NCBI RefSeq assembly: GCF_009914755.1
Contig: NC_060931.1
DNA: 64,000 nt
Strand: one strand, 5' to 3'
From: the human T2T-CHM13v2.0 reference genome, Homo sapiens
The notes beneath the pieces are model-generated. The model was not told the origin of the DNA, ran no database searches, and saw nothing but the letters and a program-made list of their open reading frames with translations. Both the position numbers and the translations under genes were made by a program. Every line of letters begins with the position of its first letter. Within the stretch, counting starts at the first letter, position 1. This document shows, in pieces, positions 43,095 to 57,840 of this stretch.

Positions 43095-43930
43095 GTTATT
43101 TTTCCACAATTGCTTCTCTTCATTCTACCCAGCACATAAGCACTTAGGTTTTGCCACATCTTTGGGTCTTTATTTTTCTATTGGGCTCCCAGGTATGTAA
43201 TAAAAATCTATAAGCTTTTTTCTTGTTAATCTATGTTAATTTAATTCTCAGGGCTACCTGGAGACCAGAAGAGGGTAGAAGAAAAGTTTTGCCTCCCCTA
43301 CAATGTAAATAAAGGCATAAAATAACATAAAAGGAACATCTTGTGCTTGCCAGCCAGCTTAAGAAATAGAACTACCAATATGTTTGAAGACTCCTGTGTG
43401 CTCCTTCATGATGATCTCTCTCTCTCTCCTTTCCAGAGGCAGCCACTATCCTGAATTTTGTGATAATCTCTCCATTCCTTTTCTTTATATTTTAATCACA
43501 TACATGTGTCTCTTAAACAACATATTTAGACTTTCCTATTTTTGAGCTTGAGATGAACAAAACTATACTTCTGTATTTTTTCTTAGTTTGCTTTTTGAGT
43601 TCAAAATTATTTTTCCTGAGATTCAATCATGCTGGTGCATATAGCTGTAGTTCATTCACCTTCACTACTGTATCATCTTTAATTGTATGATTATATTACA
43701 ATTTTTAAAACCTATTCTACTTTCATAGACAATTGGGCTGTTTTCTAGTGTTTGTTCCTATCATAAACAATGCTAGTATGAACATTCTCATACATGTTTC
43801 CTGATGCACATGTGCAAAGATCTCTCTAGGATATATTCCCTGAAGTGGAACTGCTTGGACAAGGGTTATAGGCATGTTCACCTTCATTGGTAGATATACA
43901 TTTATTTCCCAAGATGTTTGTGCCAATTTA

Positions 43931-44233
<303 letters not shown>

Positions 44234-45195
44234 TGTGCCAATTTAAACTCTTATTTGCTTTGAGAAATTCTATTGCTGCATGTCCTTCCCATTACTTGGT
44301 TTTGTCAGGCTTTAATTTTTTTTTTTTCCAGTCTGGTGGCTGTGAATTGGTATATCATTGAAATTCATATGTTCACTCATACTAATGATGTGGAGAATCA
44401 TTGGCTATTTACTGGCTCTCCATGCTACTCATGAGACATGAGTATTCAATAAAAAAAAATTTGATTCTTTGTATTGGCCTACTGATACACAACATTTTTA
44501 TATATTACAAAACTAGTTTTTTATGTTTTATTTTACAGGAATCACAAAAATATTTTCCCAAGTTTGTAGTTTAACACTCTTTATGGGGTCTTTTAGTGAA
44601 TAGTTATTAATTACAATAAGATTAAATTTCTTAATATTTTATTATAGTTTACATTATTTATTTATGAGATCCCTAAGGAGACAGAAGCCTTTCACTTATA
44701 TTTTCTTCTAAAGTTTTTAATGTTTTGCCTTTCACATTTGAAACAATATATCAGAAATTGATTTTTGTGTAAGGTATGAACTAAAGGTCAATTTTCCATT
44801 TTTTTCCTTATAGATGAACAATTATACTAGAACCATTTATAGAATAATCCATTCTTTCCTACTAATTCTGAGTTCTGTTGTGCCATTATTCAAGTTTTTA
44901 ATATGTAAATAGGTAATTTTCTTGTTTTTCCATTTCGTTTCATTGCCCTATTTATCTCTGCACCAATTACAAAATTTTATTATTACTTTTTTAGGGTAAT
45001 AAAATTCTTCTTGTTTCTTCATCTTTAGGATTACTTTAGCTCTTGGCTTTTCCAACAGGTTTTTGAATCTAGGATTTTTATTTGTTTAAATCTGTAATTC
45101 CAATGAATATGCAGATTTGAAGAAACACATCTTTATATTAACCTTTCCAATATGTTAACATAACATATAAGTCTATCGATTTAGATATTCTTTAA

Positions 45196-45537
<342 letters not shown>

Positions 45538-45954
45538 TAGAGGGCTTACATATCTTTTGATATGTGTATTCCTAAGTACCATCTATTTTTAGTTGTTTTT
45601 GTAAATAGTAGTACCTTTTACAAGTTTTTTTTAATTTTCTGTTTGTTGCTGGAATCAAGAAATGCAGTTAGCTTTTGTGCATTAATCATATATTGTACCA
45701 TCTTGACAAATTCCCGTAATTCCTATAATTTGCATAACCCTTTGTATTGTTCATATAGATGGTAATTTTCTCTGTGAATGACAGCTTTTTCCCTTCTTTT
45801 TCTATTCTTATACCATTTTCTCTTTGCTAAATTATTTAAGACTTTCAGTATAATGTTGAATACTAGTGATGATAGTAAGTATGCTTGCGCTGTTCCTTAC
45901 GTTAAAGAATGCTTTTAGCATTTTGCTACTTAATATGTGTTCTCTTTCTATATA

Positions 45955-46288
45955 CAGTTGTCCCTTGGTATCCTTTGAGGATTGATTCCAGAACACCCCA
46001 CAGATAACAAAATCTATACATTCTCAAGTTCCTGATATAAAAGGGTGTAATATTTACATAATCTATGCACATCCTCCCATATACTTTAAGTCATCTCTAG
46101 ATTATCTAGAATATCTAATACAATGTAAAGGCTACGTAAATAGTTGTTACACTGTATTGTTTAGGGAATAATGACAAGGAAAAAAGTTTGTACGTGTTCA
46201 GTAGAGACACTTTTTTTTTCCAAATATTTTTGATCCACAATTGGTTGAATCCATGGATGAGAAACTCACAGATATCAAGGGCTGACTA
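45955..46288 (+). mobile_element. MER2 (TcMar-Tigger MITE)
   Basis: TA|cagttgtcccttggtatc ... gatatcaagggctgacta|TA terminal inverted repeats. Confidence 0.85.
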
Positions 46289-46934
46289 TATATTGATGAA
46301 TTTGTTTTGTTTGGATTTGACTATACACTTTCTTTTTCTCTTGTGGTTTTAGTATTAAGTTTACTCATAAAACAATAATTATTTCTCCTTTGTATATTTC
46401 TTTAAGGAGTTTATAGAAAAATTGAATGATCCTTTACTTGACTTAGTAGAACTTTCCTATAATTCCATCTGAGCCTGGTGATTTGTGTGAAAAGAACTGA
46501 CTTCCAGGTTAGTTTCTTTTAATGGCTATAGACTATTTAGATTTTCAACTTATTCTTGAGTTTATTTTAGTGATTTGACCATATTACATGCTTATAATGT
46601 TGGTATACAGTTCTTCATAATACCCTCTGCTTGTTTTCTGCAGTGTCTGTAGTTATGTTCTTCATCTTTTCCCCAATTTTTAATTTATGGTTTTGTCCTT
46701 TTTACATTTTCTTGTCAATTTGTCAATATTCTCAGTCTTTTTGAAGAACTGTATTTTGGCTTTATATTATTCTATTGACTATTTTCTATTTCACTAATTT
46801 TTAGTTTTGTCTCTTAATTCTACACATCTAATTTCTTTAAATTTATTGTTTTTCTCTTTCTAACTTCTTAAAGTTGGATATTTAGCTCATGTATTTTTAG
46901 ATTATTTTTCTTTTCTGATACAAGTAATCAAGGC

Positions 46935-47541
46935 TATCACACTGTTTTCTCCTAGCCTCCAAACCACCCTTCTCTCATTTGCTTTGTGATGCTGAGACAG
47001 ACACTCTTCAAATCACATTTTTCCTTTCTACCTAGTTCCCTGTTAGCTTCTTCCAGTAGCCACTAAATGGAGATGAGGAGACTGGAGAGAAGGAAAGGAA
47101 ACTGCTCCTGCCAGTTTTGCTTCCTGTTTCTGTAAGTGGCATTTCTGCAATGTTTTTCACTTTGGCAGCAGCATTTGGTTCCAGTTTCTTCTATAGTCTC
47201 AGAATTAGCCTCACTGTGTCCCCTCAGAGATACCAACATCAGCTGGCTGGAAGCAGGACTGCTTCCTCTGAACTCCCAAATACCAGCACCAGCTGGACAA
47301 TACCTTCTTACCAGAGGTCTGGGTCCCACCTCTGCAGAGTCCTGCTCCAAGCTGTTAAATTGGGAGAACCCCCACTCTTCCTTTTCACATTCAGCTCCAG
47401 GAGTAGCAGATGCTGCCTGCAACTAGCATCCCTGGGTCACCTCAGAGGTCTCCTTCTGCTCTTTCAGTTGTCCTAAAGCCTCTTTAAACAATTCCTGATG
47501 TTAAAATTTTCTGCTTCCTTGAATGGACCCTGACTGATACA
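46935..47541 (+). mobile_element. LTR33/LTR41-like ERVL solo LTR
   Basis: ctccaaaccacccttct..tgctttgtgatgctg..; end ggaccctgactgataca. Confidence 0.65.
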
Positions 47542-49826
47542 GTTATAGGCTATTTGGATTTACTATTTCCTCATAGGTCAGTTTTAGTGACTTGTATCAT
47601 TCTAGGTCTTGGACCATTCCACCTGTTTCAAATTTATTTCCTTATAGTTGTTCACAGTAGCTTCTGCATGATTTCTGCAGCCTAGGTACTTACAGCACCT
47701 TTTTCATTTTTAGACTTCTTTTCTAAAGTGGTAAAACATTCCCTTAATACAAAGACGCTTTAGTTGGATCCTGCAAGTTTTTATATATAATTCCTTCATT
47801 TAGATTTGTGGTTCTAACTATTTTATATTTCCATTGTAGTTTCTTCTTTTAACCATGGGTAATTAAGGCATATGTTTAAATTCCAAGTGTAGATTTGAAA
47901 TATGTAGATTTTTAAAGATACCTTTCTGGTAATTATTATCTAATTCAATTTTTGGGAAGTCCAATATTAAGACATGTATGATACAGGTTTTTGAAATTAG
48001 GTGACATTTCTTTAAGTACAGTTCATAATGTATTCTTTAAAAACATTCCATGTATGCTTGAAAAGAATGTGTACTCTCAAACAGGGAGTACAGCATTCTA
48101 TATATGTACACTAGAATAAGGTTTTAAATTGTGCTGTTCAAATCCTCATCCTTTGTGATTTCTCCTTGCCTACGCTTTAAGTCAGTTACTGAAATATGTC
48201 TGATATAATCTCTCACCATGCTGGTGCATTCATTTCATCCTTTTAATTTTGTCAAATTTTGCTCTGTGTATTTTAAGCTATGTCATTGGGTATATATGAT
48301 GTCAGATTATCTCTTCTTGGTGAATTAAAAATTTCATATATGTGGGATCCCGTTATTTTCATGCTACCTTTGTCTTAAAGTCTATTTTGTTTGATAGCAT
48401 TTTGCCTATACCACAATGCTTTGGTTGGTATTTGCCTAAAGCATAATTTCCCATCTTTTCATTCACTACCTTTAAATGTCTATTTTTTTCCACGTATGTT
48501 GGAGTGTACAACTAAGTTCAATAATCTAATCTAATAATAAAATAATTTGCAATTTTTGTTTTAGCATTTTTTTGCAATTTAATGTATAGAATGAATTTAT
48601 TAAATTTAATTAATTGGATTGATACAGTTAAAGAATGTTCTGTTGGCTGAATTCTTTTTACCTTAATAATGTAATATGTAATAATTTTTTGTAGTATTTT
48701 AATAATAATATATAATAATTTAAAAATAAAATGTAATAAAGTTGTATCTGAAGACTGAGTTAGGAAAAAGTTCCAAAGGCAAATTCCTGGAACTCTAGAA
48801 AAAAAGAATGGTGGCAAGTGTCAACAGAACTGATGTGTAAAATGACAACAGGGAAAACTATACAACTGTACCGCTGTGGAAAATAAAATCATATAATTGA
48901 GGAAAACTGTTCTATCACATGTCTTACATTTTAAAACTTGTCAGGAAAAGTTACTTATTTATATATTTTAAAGATATAGTGGCTTTATGTACACCTGTAC
49001 TTTTCCAAAATACAATGAATATGACCAGTATCTTTACAGACGAAGCTGTGACTAAGCTTGTGCCTGAGGGAAAAACTGAAAATCAGAATGTCTGTTTTTT
49101 TCCAACATAGATACATTTTCAACTGGAGATTTAATAAGCTTTCTGCTCCTAGTGACTTACCTCATGATGTATCATGTATATTCCCTTATAATCATGATTT
49201 TTTTTTTTTTTTTACTTTTCAGGTTTAGAATAAATCTTCACTATTTCCTACCCAATGGCAAACACTTAAGGGAACTCACTGAAGTTTGGATGACTGATGA
49301 AGTATATAACAAACCCTGACTTTCCCAATATCCTAGCCCTACATAATGCTTTTTGGTGAAGGTTAAATGAAAAAATTTAAGGCAACAGTATTTGTACTGT
49401 GACCATTCCAGGAAGATAGCTCCCTGATTTTAAAAATTCAAAATGGGATATATACTTGAACTAACACATACACTACAATAGCCTTGCTGTAGTTTCATCA
49501 TAGTTATCAAAACCCACAAATATGTTTTGCCTGGGTAACACGAAGTAGGAGAAATAACCCCTAAATCCTTCATATGCTTAACTCTTACTTGGACATTGTT
49601 GCCAATTAATTATGAAGGAGTTTATTTTTTATTTGTAAATAGAATGTATGAGGAAAAGGAAGGAAAGTTTACTTTATACCCACAGGAAAATCAGGCCCAA
49701 AGACATATACAGCACGACCAGAAGAGGTAAGGCACAGTTGTCTGAAGGATAATAGAACAGGTTTTTGTTAACTCACTATGTCCAGGCCAAAACCTTCCAA
49801 CCATGATTATATTATAAGAAACTAGT

Positions 49827-50123
49827 GGCTGGGGACGGTGGCTCACTCCTGTAATTCCAGCACTTTGGGAGTCCGAGCTGGGCTGATCACAAGGTCAGGA
49901 GTTCGAGACCAGCCTGGCCAACATGGTGAAACCCCGTCTCTAGTAAAAACACAACAAAATTAGCCAGGCACAGTGGCACGTGCCTATAATCCCAGCTACT
50001 TGGGAGGCTGAGGCAGGAGAATCGCTTGAACCTGGGAGGTGGATGGAGGTTGCAGTGAGCCAAGATCATGCCACTGCACTCCAGTCTGGGTGACAGAGCG
50101 AGACTCCGTCTCAAAAAAAAAAA
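49827..50123 (+). mobile_element. AluSg-type
   Basis: gatcacaaggtcaggagttcgag; TSD aagaaactagt. Confidence 0.92.
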
Positions 50124-50204
50124 AAGAAACTAGTGAACATTTTTGCTACATTAAAAGTGCTGTTTCCTAAACGAGAGAACACAAACAAAGCCCAAAATAT
50201 TTCT

Positions 50205-50305
50205 TTATTTTTACTTAGTTATTTATTTATTTTGAGACGGAGTCTCGCTCTGTCGCCCAGGCTGGAATGCAGTGGCGTGATCTCAGCTCACTGCAAGCTC
50301 CGCCT
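50205..50305 (-). mobile_element. Severely 5'-truncated AluY
   Basis: Only ~72 nt of right arm plus tail; 18-bp TSD aaaRcccaaaatatttct. Confidence 0.88.
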
Positions 50306-53300
50306 GGTGAAAACCCAAAATATTTCTAAAATGCACATGTTTTCTGACACTTCAGCTAACTCACAATGACTTGGCAACAATTTGAGTTACTAGTAGAAAT
50401 CTCAATGGCTTTAAACTTTGAGTTTCTGGGATATTTTATCAGTGTAGCATGAAAAAATATATTAAATATATGCATTTAAGTAGTAATCTATTTTAACTCT
50501 GTATGTATAGTTTAAAAAAATAGCTATCCTAAGAATGGTTTTGTTTATTGTTCCACATATTTAAAACGTTGTATCTTATGCTTTTTTGTTTACTATGAAT
50601 CTCTAGGTTCACATGGAGGATATCTAAAAGCTGTAATCTGTGGTCTTGAATTTACATGTTCCCAGTATTTACATCCTGATTCTTTTAAAACCTTGTTCAC
50701 ATTATGTGGGTATCCACAGGAGGTTTTAGGAGAAACTCAACTGGGATTATATATATGCTGAAAAAGATGCCACTGAAGATCAAGTTTAACTTTTTTCTGA
50801 GGTATGCTTCCCATGACTTTGGTTGTGTGCCTATCCTAGACATTAAACATTTAGCCACTGATTTGTGGACCATGATAGTTTGCTACAGATCAACCTGGCA
50901 CACAAACAGAGGTTGGAGCATGATCCACTTTGAATAAAGGAGCTTTGCAGGCCGTTGGTTCAGGAGACCCCCTTATGGCTTGAATAAGGGGCTAAACACA
51001 CCTTCTGACATTCGTCAAATAATTATGGGCTCTTTTTGCCTCTTGTGGGAAACAAATAGGTTTAGAAATTGTGGCTATCATCTACACAGAAAGCCAAAAA
51101 AAAATTGGCATCTTTCCCAGAATAAAATCTTTGCATTGATGCAAGAAACGGACATGTAGTGTTGACAAAATTCCTGAGAGAGGTACCTCTGTCTTAGAAT
51201 TATGTTGTCTTTCAGTGTGCAGCCAGAGACCTCCCTAGTGAACCCAGTTAACCGAGGTAATATGGTGGACTGTTCCCAGGGCCGTGCCTCCCCACCAGAG
51301 GGAAGTGTTATGGTGCCTCTTTCTGACTCTCATTCCCAGTCTCTGAGCCCAGAGCTGTTGAGACATGTGAAAGAAAGAAAACCCCACAAAGAGCTAAAAA
51401 CAATGAGGAAACCTGAAAGTGTTTCAACATTATTTTGAAGTGAGAATGAAGGGCAGCAGAAAAATCCTCCCATCTCTGTCAGTTTCTACAACCTCACTGA
51501 CTAGTTTCCAAAGACCCAAATTCCTTCTAGAGAAGGAAGTCAACCAGGATTTGGTCAAAGCCTGAAACAGGAATGTCTACTTTCCCCAGTGGTGAACTTC
51601 TTGAAGTATCTAATTCACCTTTACGTCTCTGCAGTGCCTAGTGCAGTATCTTGCTCAGCAAATACTTGGAGGGAGGGAGAGGAGGGTAAAATGCTCTTTC
51701 CTTTTCCTTCATCCGCACAGTGAAAACCTTATTTGTGGTATTATCTTAAATCCAAAGAGCAAGGCAGAAGGGCTTGTCTACCTTATGGAAATGGTAGAAA
51801 GACCAACTCTCATCGAGAGTCATGGAGAAACGCAGAGGGGTATTTATTAATTTCCAGGTGACTAGCTTAAGTCCTTTGTTGATTTTTAAAACAACCAAAT
51901 GCTTCTGAGATTTTGTAACTCAAATGAGTTTCAGAACCTTGCCAGTAAATTTCAAAGAATGCACTTATTTGGCTTTTTATCCTCAGAGAAAACAAGAATA
52001 GATATCACGCAGGAGCCTTTCACTGCAAATTTTATTGTTAAGCAATAATTTGATAACAACAAAGAATTTTCCTCTAACCTGACTCACATTATTGGAACAC
52101 TAGAGGAATGTATTCATATGATCACCTGAAGCAGTCAATAGATATTTTTTAAAATTGTATCATAATGAAGAGAAAAGGTCCCACTACTATTTAAATGCTA
52201 ACAATCACAAGGCTTCTAAGTGCAGTAGGGTAACACTCTCCCTGCTCACTCACTCTAGACAAACAGACAATCACGCCAACAGATTTCATCTAATTGTATC
52301 TTTGTATTTTATTTCCGATGGAACCAGAGGTTATAAGAACTAATATTTCTTCACCAATGCAGTATCTAAAAGATAGCTACAATTTGGAATAGAGCTCAAT
52401 AGAGAGATGGAAAACAAGAAAATCCATGGAGAAATATCAGCCTTTGCTGATGTTTGCTATCACTAAAATAGATGTATAATTATGACACTTACTGGAACAC
52501 AACCTTAAATGGCACACTTGTCAGAGAGGATAAGCATTAGGTGGATGGTGGGAGAGGGCTACCAACATTCTTCCTAATTTCAACTTGTTCTGAAATTTTA
52601 GCCCTGTCACTGAACTTGTGTTTTGTAGTTTCTTGGATTTCCTCAATAGACATGTCAGATCCAGACTTACTTTTGTTGCCTCCCCTCAGTCATCCATCTC
52701 TGAGTCTTGGTTGAGATGACAAAGTTGGCAACAGAGTGTCAGAATCTCCCCGTGTTCCCTGAATTCTGCAGAGTTGCTCTCCTACTTGCCTCCTTCCACT
52801 GCAGGGGACATGTCCTAAGACTGGCTCCTGGCCCAGTGCATAAGCCCCTGGGAAAAGCAGATGCTCACCTCAGGATCATGCTCTCCCTGTTGGGGACATC
52901 TAGGTTTCCATCTCAACCTATTACCTCCAAACTTGTCATCTCATTTCTAGATTTTTTTTCATACTGTTTTGGATTCAGTCTGATTTCACCTTTCCCATGA
53001 AGCAGGCTGTCCACCAGTGATGCTCTCAAAAGTATCTACATTTCCAGGACATATTTTACATCCTCAAAGCACTCATACTTACTGTCTCACATTACAGAGA
53101 CATACACACATACCTTAGCTTTAAACCTACTGAAGACAGGTCTTTATTTTCTTAACATTCCCCTATTCTTATTGACTAGCAGATCTCTTAAGCATAGAAC
53201 TTAAAACTGTTGGGTAAATACTTAGGGATCTTACTTTATGAAATAGACATGTTTAAAAGTAATGCAGATTTCATTTAAAATACACTGTGAACACTAGCTT

Positions 53301-53308
53301 TTTCATGA

Positions 53309-53635
<327 letters not shown>

Positions 53636-54010
53636 TGACTACTTTTAAACAAAAATTATGCTCTAACGGTTTTCTTAATAAGTTCAGATTTTTATTCAAA
53701 GGGTTTCAAGGCAAACTCACAGAGAATTTGCAACCCCCTGGAAGCTAACTAAATACTATAATAACGATTCATGCTGTGCAAAAATTGTGCCAAATGTTTT
53801 CTATATCTACAAAAGACTGTCAGTCTTCTGTTTAGCAACAGAAACCACAATGTTTTACCAATCTATATGTATAACTAAGCCATGCAGTTGGTTCTGTATC
53901 TTAGTTTTAAAGGTGATACTAATTGAAGAGTTCTGGATTTTTGCTTTGAATTTTATTCAAATTCCTTGGTTTATAATGACCTAAGCATCTTTCTAGAGTC
54001 TAGACTAAAA

Positions 54011-54217
54011 CAGCGTTTTCAACCTTAACACTATCAACATTTTGGACCAGATAATTGCTGCCAGGTGGCGGGTGGCGGGGCTGTACTGTGCATTGTAGGG
54101 TGTTTAGCAACACATCTAACCTCTACCCACTAGATGCCAGTAGTACCCACCAATCCTCTGAGTTGGGACACCCAAAAATGTGTTCAGATTCAGGCAAATG
54201 TTCCTGGGGAGAAAATT
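54011..54217 (-). mobile_element. MER20
   Basis: Reverse complement of MER20: ctgtgcattgtagg..ctctacccactagatgccagtag. Confidence 0.85.
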
Positions 54218-54224
54218 CTATTTT

Positions 54225-54625
54225 CCTGTGATCTCTGTACCAGCAGCATCACCATAACCTGTTGGTTTATAAAAAATGTAAATTTGATCCCACTTGGACG
54301 TAGTGAATCAAAATCACTGGGAGTGGTATTTAGGAAGCTGTCATTTAACAAGCTCTTCAGGTGATTTTGACACATATTGAAGTTTGAGAGCTGCAGAGAC
54401 CCAAGTCTATTGCAAGACTGGGGAGAATCCCAACATCTAGGTCACACCCTAGACTAATAAATTATAACCACTAGGGGTGGGACACAGGCAACAATAAATT
54501 TTGAAGCTTGAGCAGTGGCTCCATGAATTGCCTGGGGACTCTAAAAATGCTCACAACTGGGCCCACTTTCTATTAATTAAACTAGAACCCTTAAGGTAGG
54601 ATCCAGACATCAAAATTTTTCCCTC
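54225..54625. mobile_element. MER5A followed by MER5-like fragments
   Basis: accagcagcatca..tgaatcaaaatcactgg..tttaacaagctcttcaggtgatt..aagtttgaga. Confidence 0.65.
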
Positions 54626-56281
54626 CCAAGTACAATGTCGTAAGAACATAATAAGCACTCAGTAAAACCTTTTTTTTCCAAAGCAAAAGCTTATGGAAAC
54701 ATTAAACATTAAAAAACCTCTTCAAAGATAAATATTTATAGGCAAGTACTGAATTCTTATCCTAAGCCAGACAAACCTGTTGGTACCCAGAGTCGTGTTT
54801 CTAGCAAATGGAGCTTGCTTACAAATTCTGGAAGCTGTCAATGTGAAATAAGCTATTTTAATATTGCCAGTCACTCAGATAGCCATACACAGAAGGCATG
54901 AGATGAAAACATCCTTGCACTGCTGCTGCTTTTCATGGATTAGCTGGGGTGTGTGAAGAATCTGACCGTGGCTCTTCTTTTGGGAGACTCTGAGTGCATT
55001 ACGCCTACTCCCTATGCACCTGGTTAGTCCTCCTGAGTGCATGCCCTCTAACTCCCTCTGTCCTACCACCAGCTGTTCCCATATCTTGTTTTTTGGAGCT
55101 TTTCCTATTTTTATGAACTTTTGGATGCAGAGGATAAGTTGACATTTTGGCAGAGGATCGTGACATACACAGAAATGTCTCTCCATGGTAAATATAGCTC
55201 AGTAGGGAAAAGAATCAGCTTGTTCTATGAAGATATTTCTACAGAGCTTGTTGATTTTCTTGATTGCCTGTGCAATGAAGTTTTACACATCCAAAACTGA
55301 AAATCAGAATCTATTTATAAAATATTCATAAAAATAAGTATGTTGATGTATGTGTGTGGGTCCTAAAAAATCAATCTAATTGAAACAAAAGGCTAGTTCT
55401 AAGAAGAAATCAAGAAGCATCTGTGTCACTTTGTAGTTCTATTTTGGCTTGTTATTATTTTCAGCAGATTCTGTGGTTGTTAAAGAGCTTTGAGTTTATC
55501 TGTCAAAGAGGCATGACACAGCCTAATAGAATTGCATATAAGAATCCTGATCCAGAAATTCCTGGTTATGTATCCTTGGAGAGTTAATCTCTCTAAGCCT
55601 TAGTTTCCTTATCATTTTCCCAGTGGAGTTGTTATGGGAGACTCCTCCAGCTCCTGCTGGCAATAAACCTCCCACGTTTGACACAGAAACAATAGCCGGT
55701 TCAAACAAGAAGCCGTTACATTTCAAATTCTGGAGACTGTTTTCAACATTAATTCAAGTAGGGGGAGATTGGGGTGAGAGATCTTAGTGATCCCAAAGAA
55801 TCATTATAAGTTATAAAAATAATGACCCATATTGAGACATATTTTTTTCTGAAATCATTTGTGTCATTGTGGTCTTGTATTTGTACAGAAATAAAATTGA
55901 GTCTAATTTGTCACCACCCTTTGATTCAGAAAAACCTCAACACCCTCTTCACGAGGGACAGAATCCAAATACTGACAAAGGAGCAGATGCCAAAGAACAC
56001 ATCCCAGTTCAGAGAGCTGTGGATCAGACTGGCCATGAGAGTCATTTACATGGTGTCATGGTGCTTTGCTAAATGTATCTTTTGTTAATTAAATGTTTTA
56101 ACAACAATAGTCCAGCTTATAGAGTTTATCTTTAGGGACTATTTGGTGGGCTTGATGCTGTATAATGTCTTACATGTTTAGGATTGCAGAAGTCACTTTT
56201 AATAAGTAGTTCAAAGCTTGAGTGAACTAAGGATATGAGGCCAACTAGAGAGAGTAGGAGCCTTAATTATATGGCCTAAAG

Positions 56282-56475
56282 CAGTTGTTTTCAGCAAGTG
56301 TGTGGTCTTTAGACAAGCAGAACCAGTAGCCTCTAGGAATTTTGTTTAGAAATGCATATTCTTAGACCCCATGCGAAATCCATAGATCAGAACCTATTGG
56401 AGTGGGGCTCAGCCCTCTATGCTTTGATAGGCTCTTCAGATCATTCTGATGTCCACTCAAGTCTGAGAACCACTG
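56282..56475 (+). mobile_element. MER5A
   Basis: cagttgttttc..gtttagaaatgcatattct..aagtctgagaaccactg. Confidence 0.78.
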
Positions 56476-56483
56476 CTCTAGTG

Positions 56484-56679
56484 CTGTGCTTCCTAAATCT
56501 GGATGTCCATCAGAATCTCCAGAAGAGCTTGTCAAAAAAAAAAAAAAAAAATCCAGATCAACAAATGATCTCATGCCACTCCTCCAGATTCTGATTCAGT
56601 TGGTTTGGGACCAAGACATTTATCTTTTTAAAAGATGCCTCTAAGTGATTGTGTTGATTATCTGGGTTTAGGAACCACT
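56484..56679. mobile_element. MER5B-like
   Basis: catcagaatc..gagcttg..ccagattctgattcagttggt..ggaaccact. Confidence 0.65.
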
Positions 56680-56712
56680 TTATAAACTACCAGATTTCAG
56701 TGGCTTACATTT

Positions 56713-56867
56713 TGGGGGAATAGGGGGAAAAGAAGAAGAAAGAGGGGAAAAAAGGAGAGAGAAGGAGGGAAGGAAAAGTGGGGAAGGAGAGAAAGAGAGG
56801 GAAGAAGAGGAAAAGAAAAGGGGGAGGGAGTATGGAAGGGGAAAGAACAGAAGAAGAGAGGATGAAA
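56713..56867 (+). repeat. Purine-rich (GA) low-complexity tract
   Basis: ~155 bp almost entirely A/G. Confidence 0.9.
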
Positions 56868-57517
56868 TAGCTTTTCTTTCTTTAAATCAAATACTTCACT
56901 GATACACCTATATTTAATAACTAGTTTCAGAATTAAACTTTAAGAATTTACATTAATTGCAAGCTTTTCAACAAAGTCTAGGATAAAAAATGGTTTCCTT
57001 TCTCCCAAATTCTTGACTATCACTCATTGTTCAATTTAGCCCTAATTACCTACCAGACTTCATTAGAATATAATTGTCTAACACGCTTGAAATATGTATC
57101 TTGGAGTCGGACCCTTAAGGACTTGTCCTTAGCTCTGGAATCTTAGAGTTGGAATTAAAAAATCCTGCCAATAGTTTGGCCTCAGTATTCTCCAATGCCA
57201 ACTTTTCTCCATTGGAAATACGAGAAGCTGTTCCTCTCTAGTGTTAATTGAAGGCAACGCCCGTCTAGCCCCTCCTCAGCTGAAATCATCTACCATCTTC
57301 TCTGACTCCCCTATAATTGACCTCCTTGTGTGCCTAAGAAATTCTATCATGTAAAATGTCTGCAAATGACAGAACCAAAAGCTCTTGCAACACATTTTGA
57401 AATATCATAAGAAGAAAAACATTATTTTCCACTCTTAACAAAGTATTACCCTTCTAGTTGTAATTTTAGCTCTGACATTTTATTATGAAATAAAGGTCCC
57501 TTTCTAACTCCCTAGAC

Positions 57518-57840
57518 TAGGGGGCTGGTAAACTATGACCTGTTACCTGTTGTTGCACAACCACTGAGCTAAGAAAGGTTTTTACATTTTTAAATGGTTG
57601 AAAATGCCAACAAATAATATATTTCATGATACGTGAAAATGATATGAAATTCAAATTTCAGTGTCTATAAGTGAAACATTATTGGAATACAGCCATATTC
57701 ATTTATTTATTGTCTATGGCAGTTTTTGTGTTACAAAGTACAAAAGCAGAAATATTCAAATGCAACAGAGATCATATGACCCACAAGTTTCAAAAATATT
57801 TTCTATGTGGACCTTTACAGAAAAAACATGCCAACACCTG
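57518..57840 (+). mobile_element. MER58B hAT-Charlie
   Basis: tgagctaagaaaggtttttacatttttaaatggttg..atgaaattcaaatttcagtgtc..ctttacagaaaaa..ccaacacctg; flanks ccctagac/ttccagac. Confidence 0.85.

Noticed and set aside
47063-47476. Three overlapping 96-119 aa ORFs
   Set aside because: They lie in a GC-richer LTR33/41-like LTR and show no recognisable domain.
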